Origin: Perna viridis
Taxonomy: Eukaryota
Assembly (NCBI GenBank): GCA_037379345.1
Contig: CM074518.1
Span: forward strand, 18,786,001 to 18,850,000
Direction: 5' to 3'
DNA: 64,000 nt
Every line of letters begins with the position of its first letter. Within the stretch, counting starts at the first letter, position 1. The notes under the pieces are model-generated. The model was given only the letters and a program-made list of their open reading frames with translations. It was not told the DNA's origin and did no database searches. The translations under genes and the position numbers were made by a program. Shown piece after piece: positions 40,889 to 52,240 of the stretch.

Positions 40889-40929
40889 GAACAGATGTTA
40901 TATAGAAACTCTCTATATAACATCTGTTC
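40889..40929. repeat. Perfect hairpin, 18-bp stem, 5-nt loop
   Basis: GAACAGATGTTATATAGA-AACTC-TCTATATAACATCTGTTC. Confidence 0.95.
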
Positions 40930-41554
40930 GTCGGTATTCATGTGAAAACTTATTTCATTGGTTATTTAGTGTTGTAATCATTTTGACTTAGTGTTTGGTT
41001 TGTGTGTAACAACATCATAAACACATTTGTCATGTAACGTGTGTATTTTCAGTATTGTAACAACTACATCTTCATACCCGGTTTCATCAAATAGACTTAA
41101 AATTGTGTTGTTAAAGACGGATAATAGTTTAAACTTCCACGAAAACTGAAAAAAAATATCATTGGACTGTATCACAATGCAAAACATGAAGAAGTATATT
41201 TTCAGATTTCATTTCAAGATAAAGAGCTGCTTTCAGTGACAGTTATATTTTGTAATAAAAAAAACTACGATAGCATTTTATATCTTAAGTATTTTTTTAA
41301 CTTTTGTGGCGCCTGGGCCAGGATTATATGGGCAATCAAAACAAGAAATATACTGAGATGACGGCTAGACCAAGAAAACTGACGAACAGATGAAATAATA
41401 ACCAAAATAACAAGCATATAGAAAAAAATGAGCAACAGTGATTACGCTCAAAACTTAAAGAATGGACCAGACGCACCAGTATGATACACGTATACAAAAA
41501 GCGGTAAACTATACAAAAATAAAAACACTTATATACAAATTCGTCGTCATGTAA

Positions 41555-42440
41555 TACGGGGCGCCGAATGGGACTTGATCTTTTTGTAATCAAAATCAGT
41601 TTTGGATCACAAAAGTCAATTCTGTGTCACAAAATTCAATTTTGTGAAATAAAATCCAATTTAGTGAGACAAAATTCAAATCTGTGTCACAAAATTCAAA
41701 TCTGTGTCACAAAAGTCAATTCAATAGACACGTTCTATTTCGGATTTTCATCTCGCCCGACCTGTTCCACTCAACCGAATTTCTTGTCATACATCAACAG
41801 AATCGGAATGAAATAAGGAATTTATCTGTGTCTGGCAAAAAAATCGTGTTGGATAATGGAACAATCTAATCTTTCGCAGACTTCGACAGATTAACAAATT
41901 TCACCGCACAACACATTTCTGATATGATATTCTTGGCTAGTCTGACATTTCATTTTTTTTCAGCAAAATTTGGGACAAATACATTAATACAAATTATTTT
42001 GTCAAATTTTAACAAATTTGGTTGCGATTAACAGGTCGGGAAGGCATTTTATAGTTGAGTTGAAAAATGTCAGGAAATGATCACGTGATTCACCAGGAGA
42101 AATACCAATAAATCGAAAGAAGAAAAATCGCGTATTTTAAAATCTGATTTTATCAAACAAATATCTCATTGAAAACGTATAATAGCAATTTTATTTATTT
42201 CAAAATAGTTTTACTGTAGGATGCAACTTAAAAGATTTTTTTTTAATATCACTTAATACGGCCTTGACCGTCCTGCGTTGCTCGAAGTAATCGGAAACCT
42301 GCGTTTACTCTATCTAATGAGCAACATTCTTACAAAATCGTGATGCATATTCAAAGGATTCTGTAAATTAATTTGCATACAAAATTGACTTTTGTGACAA
42401 AATTCAATTTTGTCTTATAAAATTGAATTTTGTGACACAT
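41555..42440. mobile_element. MITE-like non-autonomous DNA element with ~20-bp subterminal tandem repeats in inverted orientation
   Basis: The left end TACGGGGCGCCGAATGGGAC is followed by repeated (AAAATTCAAATCTGTGTCAC)-like units (41590-41722). Inverted units (AATTGACTTTTGTGAC, AATTGAATTTTGTGACAC) lie at 42380-42440. The right terminus is truncated. Confidence 0.6.
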
Positions 42441-42542
42441 GTAAAACAGTGATATAGACGCTCAGTATTTCTCATTGCATTCTCTTGATATATTTAGTAT
42501 AACCTGGAATCAGATTAATTGAGTCTGGTTGTTCTAGAGTCA

Positions 42543-42715
42543 AAGAGTAATTAAAGGAACCAAGATCCCAGCGGAAATTAATAGAAAATATTCCAAGGAA
42601 AAAGACTAGACTAGATGGAAAACAGACACGAAACAAAAACATGAAATAACACGAAAAAAACCATACAAACAGACGACAGAAAACGAGCAACCCGGACTCC
42701 ATTAAAAGCTGGGAG
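42543..42715 (-). mobile_element. PLE 3' UTR fragment (diverged)
   Basis: AAGAGTAATTAAAGGAACCAAGA...GAGCAACCCGGACTCCATTAAAAGCTGGGAG matches the consensus. Confidence 0.65.
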
Positions 42716-45698
42716 GTCTTTTTTTAATGTGTGAATAAGCAAACAAATAAAATTATCCTCCAGTAAGTAAACATTCACATCGCAGAGGCATGACATATGA
42801 AAAATATATCAATATTACCATATAATTAAATCGAGATAACGATATATTGTTTTTTTTATATTTCCCCGTTGGGCTTCTGTATACATATGCTAATGTTAAT
42901 GCACATAACTTATTGACAATGAGCTTTGTTTGGTTCATATAACATCTGTATCAACCTGTTCTGCATGAACGCAAAAAAAAGTAGATATCAGTGGTCATCT
43001 GCACATCCACAACAACAACAACAAACGGAAGTATAGTATTCTCCTGCATGATTAATTCAATAAACTTTTTAAGGTAGTATCTCAGAACCAAAGAGGTCGA
43101 AATAAAGCATAAGGGATTGTAAAAGTTCATGTGACGTCACGTACAAAGTTGACAACAACTGTAAAGTGTGCTTAGACGCCGCGCACAAAGTTGACGACAG
43201 CTGTAAATTGTGCTGTACCAAGTAGCTTGGTGAACTCGTGTTAAAAATATTTTTGAAACAGAACATTTCGTTTTTGATAAAAGAGCAAGTACATTTTGTA
43301 TTAGTTATTTTATTCCACAACTCATTATGTTATCAATATTAATATCCATTGAATATGAAAATAGCAGACAGAAAGCTTTAAATAGTATCGTGAAACTTGT
43401 AACAATAAAAATGTTTTAATACATCGCTTTCTTCAGATTTCTCCCATATATAGATTTTTCAACAGGCGAGTCCAAAGTTATCGGAATGAATTCGACTGAA
43501 CAAAGAATTAAAATTGCAGAAAAGAAAAGAACAAAAAGTTCTTACCAATAAAAAATAAACCAATTGAAAACGAGAAAATAATTAAGAGTATACGCGCTCT
43601 TTAGAAAATTTTATTTCAAGTCCCTATACCAGAATAGAGCACCCTTGACATTTTTTTTGTGAAAATCAGCCTATCCAACAAAGTTAGGCGCTATCCAGGT
43701 TTATTGCCCATGTGTATGCCCTTCTAATTTCGAGTATAGGTTCCTACAATGCGAAAATCTAGTAAATAACTTTTTCTGTTGAAATAAATAAAGTTCTTTT
43801 GAACTTTGATAAAATGTTGCAAGGAAGATGGAACAAAGGTTATCTGCCATGCAGTAGGACACAACATTGCTGTTCTTCGGCTACTCACTAAAAAATAATT
43901 CATTTGCTACTGACAATGTCATGTTGAGATGAAAAAAGTCTGTTTCAATCATGTATGCAATTTCGAAAAAAAAAAAATCTATTGGAAAAGAAAATTGCGC
44001 GTTATCTGTGACAGTCCACTGTTCCTTAATTTTCATGAACTTGTTGATGTAACATTATGCACGCCATCAGTCAATATGCACCAACTTAAGATGTGCTTTA
44101 ATCGCGATAGTGCCGGACTTTGTAGACGAGGAATTGGAGATTAAGTAGCAAGGAAGCGTGTTTTTTTTTATCGTAAAGAAACACACCAAAGCATGCGACA
44201 TGTTTGAATATTTTAAACAATTACTTGACTATTTCCCGCCCATCAATTTAGGGCCTACTAGTAGTTAAAACGATTAAAAACTTTTGGTCACCAATTTATC
44301 AATTATGCATTGTGTTGTAATGTTGCAATCTACGCTTTCTCAGGAAACTGTAAATGCACACACAGAGCATTGTGAAATCCATAGAAATCTAGTCTTCTTA
44401 TTTCCAAAAAAAAAGTTTCTAAACTTGTGACAATTTTACATAGATTCGCTATTTGAAAGTATGATGGGAAACGACTTAAGCATTATCACAGAGCATTTTA
44501 TTGTTATTTGACTCATACGTTCCAGAAGTTCCTCGTGATTACTCGAAATTCAAACTTAGTGACGATGGAATAGTTCATATTGACGATTCCTTCCATAGAA
44601 ATATAATGTACTGCCTCGACGAGTGGAAGGTCGACTAATATTTTGATAATGGTTAACAATTTTTTTTCTTGTCTGTATTTAATTGAAAGGAGAGTTAAAG
44701 GCGTTCCATACTCTTGCTTCGAATAAGGAAGTTTTAGAAAAGAAGTACCTTTAAAACAATAGCATTTAAAAATTTCCCCCGCAATAGCTGAATACTTAAA
44801 AATACATATTCATATATGGAAAATTAAGGTATACAAAAAATAAATCAACAAATAACCCTTCTCAATAACATGTAATCTTAAGAAAAATCATTCAGGAAAA
44901 CGGAGGAAAAAATAATAAAAACGAATTCTTCATTTATAAAGACATGTAGTGAAAAGTTATTAAGATATTTGAAACCTGATTGTTTACATACGAATGATCT
45001 ACAATCGTTAAATGAAAGGTGATATCACTTGTTTTTTTTCAAGTTTATTGTGGTTCACAATCCATGTGTATGCAGTTGGTGGTTTTTTAAACATTTCTAA
45101 AGCATTAATACTGCTATATGTAATTTTACCCTAATATGTATGCTCGACAAGGTTTTGCCTATCTAATTTGAAGTGTTTGAAATGCAACACCGTTGCTAAC
45201 ATGAAATCGTTTGAATACACAGAGTTCTATTTATTCTCAGTTTTGACGTAGATATGTAAGTAAAACTTTCGATTATGTATTCTGCGAAAAAATGATAATC
45301 GAAAATTCAATCAGGAATTTCGACATTTCAGTTTAGATATTTTTATATACCCTGTCTTAAAGTCTCACTTTGGTTCTGGCTTAATGTTGTATTTTACATG
45401 CTCTTGCATCGCTTCAATCTGTTTGTGCTCTGCGGATGGGTCTGCGTCCTCTTATTTGTCTTCCAGTCAATATATCTATGGGTTTATCAAACATGACTTA
45501 AGCCGTCGTACTTATAACAAAAAGATGAGTTCGATTGCACTATTAGATTAAGCTATCGCTAAAGAAATCAGCTTGATTTTTTTATCTTTTAATCTTAATT
45601 ATCGTCATTTCTAAGTTCACCTGCATAGCGTTCGAGGAAAAAATGTGAGAAAAAGCGTTAATGATATATATTGCATTTTTTTAGAGCATACTATCAAC

Positions 45699-48600
45699 AT
45701 GAGTACGGCAACTTACCATTCTGTAATGACAGAAACTGTCGGAGCACTGAGTCAGACTTCGGTAAACCAGCAAACAGAACCTCTCCGAGCTGAAAGCCAG
45801 GCTTCAGCTAACCAACAAACGGAACCTGTCCGAGAACGAAAGCCGCAGACAGAAACTTTGCGGATATCAAGTAAGACATCGATCAACCAGCAACATGATC
45901 TGGTCCAACAAAAGTTTTTAGAATGTTACGTCTGTAAAGAAAACTTTGACGACTATGACCATATTCCGCGAATTCTTCCATGTCTTCACTGCGTTTGTGA
46001 AGAATGTCTCGAGAAAATAAAAACGCAAGATTCTGTCGATTGTCAAGAGTGCAATGAATCACACTCTATACCAAATGGTAACATAAATTTTTTTCAAAAA
46101 GACGGCTGTCGGGAACATCTCATCAAGTATCTTAATGTTCAGACCGACGATTCAGCAATTACATGTGACGAATGTACTAAAAGAAAAAAAGGAACTCATC
46201 GTTGTAAAGAGTGCTCCCAGTTTCTCTGTAAAGACTGTACAGATGCACACAGGAGGACAAAGGTTACCAAGAAGCACGAAATCACCACTGTTAAAGATCT
46301 AAAAGAATGCGCTGTTGAGGAATTTTTGTCCGTGCAATGCTGTACAGTAGCAGGACACGAAGATCACGCATACGCATACTATTGTATCTCCGACTCGTGT
46401 AACAAGCCAGTTTGCCCTCTCTGTGCTGTAGAATTTCACCCCGAATCTAAAAATCACAAGTTACAGAAACTTACAGATGCTTATACTGAAACTAAAAGAA
46501 ATGTTGATTATCTAGTGTCGCAACTAAAACATAAACAATTAACAGCAGACGATACACTAACAATCGTCGAGAATATCATATCGAAACTTGACATTGTACA
46601 GGAGAAGTTGACTGAAGATATTGATATCGCCTTCGACAGATGCCAAAAGAAGATAGACAAACGTAGAGAAGAAATCAAGAATGAATTGCTAGATGTCATT
46701 AGTATGAAGAAGAAGCGACTTCAGGATCAAATGAATGTTTTGAACGTCCTTAAAAGAAATCTGGAAGATTCAAGCGAATATGTTGCTTGTTCGTCTACTT
46801 ATGCATCACCTTCAGAGTTCATGAATCTTAAGGACCAAATTATTGAGAGATTGGAGGACCTTAATTATCAACAGGTTGATACAAATCCACATGACAATGC
46901 TGATGTGGAGGTAACAAGAGTTTAAACAATACATACTGAATATTACATGCAAAAATGACCAGTATCATATGCCAACTCGTCCTGAGACTCCTCATATCAC
47001 CCCAATTGCCACCGACCAGAGTGATGATATAGATCGAGAATTGATTTAGCATGTGATACAGATTTTGCCTTGTTCATTATATCAACTATTTCAACTATAC
47101 TTCAATTGTGTTCCGAGAAAGAGTGCCATATAGAGTATGCTATATTGGTATAAGGGTGTGATATAGGATATGCTATATAGTTATAAGGGTGTGATTAAGG
47201 GTAAAAATATAGGGTTTAAACAAGGATCGCTTCTCATGCATATACAAAAAAACTGTTATATATGATATCGGTTGAAAATATAGGTTTGCAGAAATTTGAA
47301 CTCATAAAATTTCGAAAAAATACTCGAAGGAAGAAATAATTTATTTTTATTTTATCTTGGAGATTTAATATTCAAATTATATTTCTGTCACCCACTAATA
47401 TTGGAATCGAGTTTTAACACATAAACTATGCAGATAAGTAAGAGCATGTATAATACAAGATATAAATATAAATGACTAAAATAATTGAATTTGAACTCCG
47501 TATTTTATTCGTCAAAACTTTCCATTCTTTGTTTCACTCAAGCTAGATATATCTCATTTCAGCTGCAACGAAACAACATGGACGAAGACTTCGAACATTT
47601 TTCGGATAATATTGGAAAGATTCGGGCGTCATCACCAAATGTTCCAACCAATCTAGAGAATGTTCCAATGGCTATTCATCTTTATAATATTGAGAACGGT
47701 CAAAAAGAAGGTATTCAAGCCCTATGATTAGCTTCACTTAAACCTTTAACTGTGTTACTTATATGAAGGAGAACAATATTATTCATTCATTTTATTGCTC
47801 TAATTTACACTTAATTAAGTACATGAGTGTGTTTATTAAATTAGCATTTTGATAGATCTTAACAGAAACCCAACGGAAACTTTGTTTGAACATATTTTAT
47901 TGTTCATCCATCCTTGTTTATGAACAATAAAATATGTTTAAACTAACACACACACAGTCAACACTTAAAGACTATATATTTTACAGGTGACACTGGCATT
48001 CAAGTAGAAATACAAGATCAAGACGGAAAGGTGCACCGTCCAGCAGTTGAGGCCTACGACAACAAACAGGAGTGTTATAAAACCTACTTCAAGTCTCCAA
48101 ACCTAGGGGGTCAGAAGGCCACTATCTTGGTCAATAGTGAAAGCATAAATGCAGAGGGATATCGATTCGACGTTAAATCGCGCGGTAGCAGTAAACATTC
48201 GGTTATTTATAGTAGGTATCCTCCACATGACGCCTTTCTTTGGTTTTGTACTTTCTACAGTGTCCGTCATAGTTATTGTATTTGATAAGATCCAAGACTC
48301 GGTTCGAGACTTAGTATTAAGGACAATATGTTTACATACATCAGTGCTAAGAAACTGTTTATATGAGCTAATTCATTAATTAAGTTGTACTTTGGGAAAA
48401 GAAATTCTATCTGCATTAGATGTACAAAAAACCCTGCTTTTTGAGTGTAATTAAATGGCCATAAAAGATTCAAGGGCTTGTTGTTAAGATGTCACTTCTT
48501 ACAAAGACTCATCGAACACTTCAACAGTGGAGAAGTACATGTGTTGTCCTTAGAAAACATCAAGAACTTGTGTTATTGGTCAACCTGATTCCATACATGT

Positions 48601-50201
48601 ATTTCATTACATTTTTCAAAAGAATCGTATAATTCAGTTGAAAATAATGCCATTTCTAAAACCCTAGTATTAAATCAAGCGCTTAGTGTGTTGTGCTTCT
48701 GTACCTATCGTCAGAGCGATGGTGCCATCATTGCATAGAAAACTATACCTTGAATTCGTTTTTTTTCGAAAATGAGATATATGTATTCAACCAGAATGGT
48801 AGCTGCTATCACGGCGGTCTCTGTAACGCTAATTCGACACTATGTGTTATACCTTTAATGATTTATAAGATTGTGTTTGATACAATTTCTTGTAGATGTA
48901 ACAATTGCCGGAACACAAGCTCCAAGGGACATCACGCATGGCGATGTTAACTGTAAGTTCACATTGTCTTACACAATGTATGTGGTTTTATTTTTGGCGC
49001 GCCCATTCATATATAATGTGGGTTCACATGGGCATTGTAGGAAAGTTAAACATGTTTGAGTCCTTGGTACAGTCATTGTTCCAGGGAAAGGGTTCTGGGG
49101 ATTGGACCACTACTCCTTGTTGAGAAAAAAAGTTTGCTTAAAATCAGGGCAAAAATTGGCAAACAATAAGCTGGAACCCTGGTAGTTCAACCTAGATTTC
49201 TTGTAATGATTCAAACATATGATAAAAGATTATGACATTGCATTGTTCCATATCAGTCCTTGTATCAACTCCCCGCCCATATCAACTCTCGAGCAGATTT
49301 CTTTCGGCTTGACATGCATTGAAGTATCGTGTTGATACACGGGGAGATAAGGAAAATCAATAATTTAATCTATAAATATCAACTGATTTCAGTTCAAATC
49401 GCATGCGTTCTATATGTTATCGCATGGGCTTTGGCCAAAAAAGCATGACATGAACAGTGTCACAAAATTATCTAGTCAGTTGTTTTAACCGCCATCTTCC
49501 TATGCCTCTTTACAGGTGTCGACATTTCATTTGATGCTTCTATTGCGCATGCCTTTATAGAGATATCTCCGGATGGTAAAATGATGAAGATGAAGCCCAA
49601 TCGCCAAGGCAATGATTTTAGCGTCCGGGAACTGGACCCTAGAGTCCGAACATTCAAGAACTACAAAGGAACAATTGCTACAAAGTCGTTTAACAAGACT
49701 GGACTAATCTACTGGGAAGCAGTAGTTCAGTACAGAATTTTGTCGTTTATTCGCCAGACAATGTTATTTGAAATGGGGTTGGCTAGGTTTGAGTATATCG
49801 ACAAACATCATACTGTAGATAGATACCCTTACGCGTGGGCAATAAGTGCCAGAGGCTGTGATAATTGTGGAAAAGTTTGTCTTCAGACATGGCATAATAG
49901 TCAACTTATGACCCATTACCCACTTTCAAAACGCATTGCAACTTCTCCAAGTTCAGTAGTCCGACAGCATTTTGGATTCCTTCTAGATACGACAAAACGC
50001 CATTGGATAATCGTAGATTTGAAGACAAAGAAGGTCATTTTTCATTTTAAGAATTTGGTGATGTCCGATATGGCCGACCCTCTGTATCCTGTCTTTGCGA
50101 TTTACAATCCAGAGCTAGTGCAGGTTTCTATAAATTTACTCTCTGGCATGAACATAGTCAGCGTTCCTCAGGAAGCCTTAGATGCATTAGTTACTACATG
50201 A
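45699..50201 (+). CDS. TRIM E3 ubiquitin ligase-like protein, tandem paralogue of gene B (gene C), ~775 aa
   Basis: Exons 45699-46910, 47563-47710, 47987-48211, 48896-48952, 49516-50201 (2328 nt, phases consistent). Intact RING and two B-boxes. The filamin (225 nt), micro-exon (57 nt) and SPRY (686 nt) exons have the same lengths as in gene B. Confidence 0.9.
47889..47938. repeat. Perfect inverted repeat, 19-bp arms, 12-nt loop, in intron 2 of gene C
   Basis: AACATATTTTATTGTTCAT-CCATCCTTGTTT-ATGAACAATAAAATATGTT. Confidence 0.95.
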
Positions 50202-51246
50202 GTACCGTTGCAAAATTTGAAGGCTGCTGCAGGCAACTATCTTTTCAAATCTAATTGATTTCGATGTTTTTGTGCATTTGGTTCTCTCTCTCTCTCTCTT
50301 TTTTCAAACCAATTTGTTAAAATGTGCCTGTTATCAAGTTTGATAGCTGGTATTAATTTATTGAGAGTTCCTCTCAGCTTTTTTCCAATAGTTATTTTAA
50401 TGATCTAGGTTGGCGATTTCCGAAGTCGTGGTGTTTTGTGGGTGTTTTTGTTTTCATGGCATAACACTTATTTCTCAATATGAATGTATTTATATTTCAA
50501 AATTAAAATTCCACAAAGAAGATAAGATGGTTTGATATTTCATTAATTTATTAATTGTGCTCCCATAAATTCAAAATTACTCAATATCATAATGGAGAAG
50601 GTGCATTAAATAATCAATTTCACAAGAAGGGTGACAACATCATGATCAATGACGTTTTTCTACACAATCAGTGCGAACTTAGTGTTACCGAACAAGACAA
50701 AATTCTCAGCAGTTTTTGGTTAAATTACCTATAATTGTGGAAACACAAAACATTAATTTCTCCTAATATTTATATATATTTTACTATGTTTTGAGCATTT
50801 TGAAATGTTATTGCAGTGATTTTTCGACCATATTCACGGCGTATTGCCCATTCACTTTTAAATACTGTCAATGGTAGCTAAACACAACTTTTCCGACTAT
50901 GCCGTATTATGTATTTATGTATTAATGTTCAAATGTCCTGAAATTTCAGTACAGTGGTAGCCATTTTTATTGGTGTCCATTAGAAAGAATGGTGTAGATA
51001 AAACGAAATTGGTTAATCAGTAGTAAAACAATACAGAAGATAGTGAAAATGAAAGGAATTAAATACACATAAAACGAAGAAGACTCTAACTAAAAAACAA
51101 CTGCGTCAAGTTCAAGATGAAAGTAAAAAGATACAGGGTAAAATATTTTGAAAATCCACCGTCTATTGTCTGTTAGTCAGAAACAGAAATCAATAAGATC
51201 TGGATATCGGAAATAAAACTTTTTATGCCGCGTATTTTTAATAACC

Positions 51247-51470
51247 TTAGTCCAAAAGCCTGTCTCTCAGGCAACCACGGCGCATAAAGAATTCAGTACA
51301 GTGGCTACTATTTCCTTTACAACTGAGAAATATAAACATCATATACAGGGGAAGCTGGTTATTACTGCATAAGAAAGGGAAATTTATGATTTTAAAATCA
51401 AAATCGTCTCGTTTATTTCTGTAATGAGATGCCGTCAAATTTGATGGAATATCTAACAAAAAATAGAAAT
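51247..51470 (-). mobile_element. PLE RT/thumb-region fragment
   Basis: NKRDDFDFKIINFPFLCSN..., same motif family as 13365-13790 and 7415-7915. Confidence 0.7.
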
Positions 51471-52203
51471 GAAAATTTACGATACCAAATGCGATGAAAT
51501 CGTTCCCATTGGGTGTATTGATAAGAATATTTTTTTCTTGTCCCACCTTTCTTTCTTTCTTTTTTTTTCTTTTTTGGTTTGTATTTGTTTATTTTTTTAT
51601 AAACACGAATGATATAATTTGTTAAGTACACATACATGTATCTTATGGTTTGGCTACGCTGTTTCAGTGCGGACTTTATGCTGAAATAATGTTATTGGTT
51701 GTTTAGTAGTTATATATTCGTGGCGTGTTTAAAAATCTTACAGTTAAAATCTTATTCAAAGAGAAGTAACCCCCATTTTAATTGACATGACTCGGTGCTT
51801 TCATACTCCAGCAATGCTAGTGGTTGTCTGGCAAGCTATTTTCTTACTTGGCGCCATTGAGGATCGTATTTCTCTTACGTTGTAGGGGTAAGAGCTTTCA
51901 TAGCAATTAAGCTCTATTTATGATGAGAATGTCCCTTATCTTTATAAAGATACTCATTGCCCAAAGATAATTTATTTGTAAAAAAATGACGTTTGAACAT
52001 TTAAAGTCTACCACACTGAAGCGGTCCACATAACGAATGAAACAGGAACAAAATTGTTCCCATTTTTTGCAAGGAATGGACGTTGTTTATAATTATTCAG
52101 TTAATTCGGTAATATAAAAATTTCGGAGAAGCTTGTTGAATTTACACAGATTATTTACCACTATCAATTCGGCAAAGAAACGTATCTATATAATATAGTA
52201 TAC

Positions 52204-52240
<37 letters not shown>

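Noticed and set aside
41590-41722. CRISPR-like or coding repeat (ORFs 41568-41816, 41684-41869)
   Set aside because: Subterminal ~20-bp tandem repeats of a MITE-like element; the ORFs are by-products.
43110-43215. Two-copy 42-bp tandem duplication (similarly a ~33-bp duplication at 47136-47195)
   Set aside because: Real but degenerate two-copy duplications with no functional signal.
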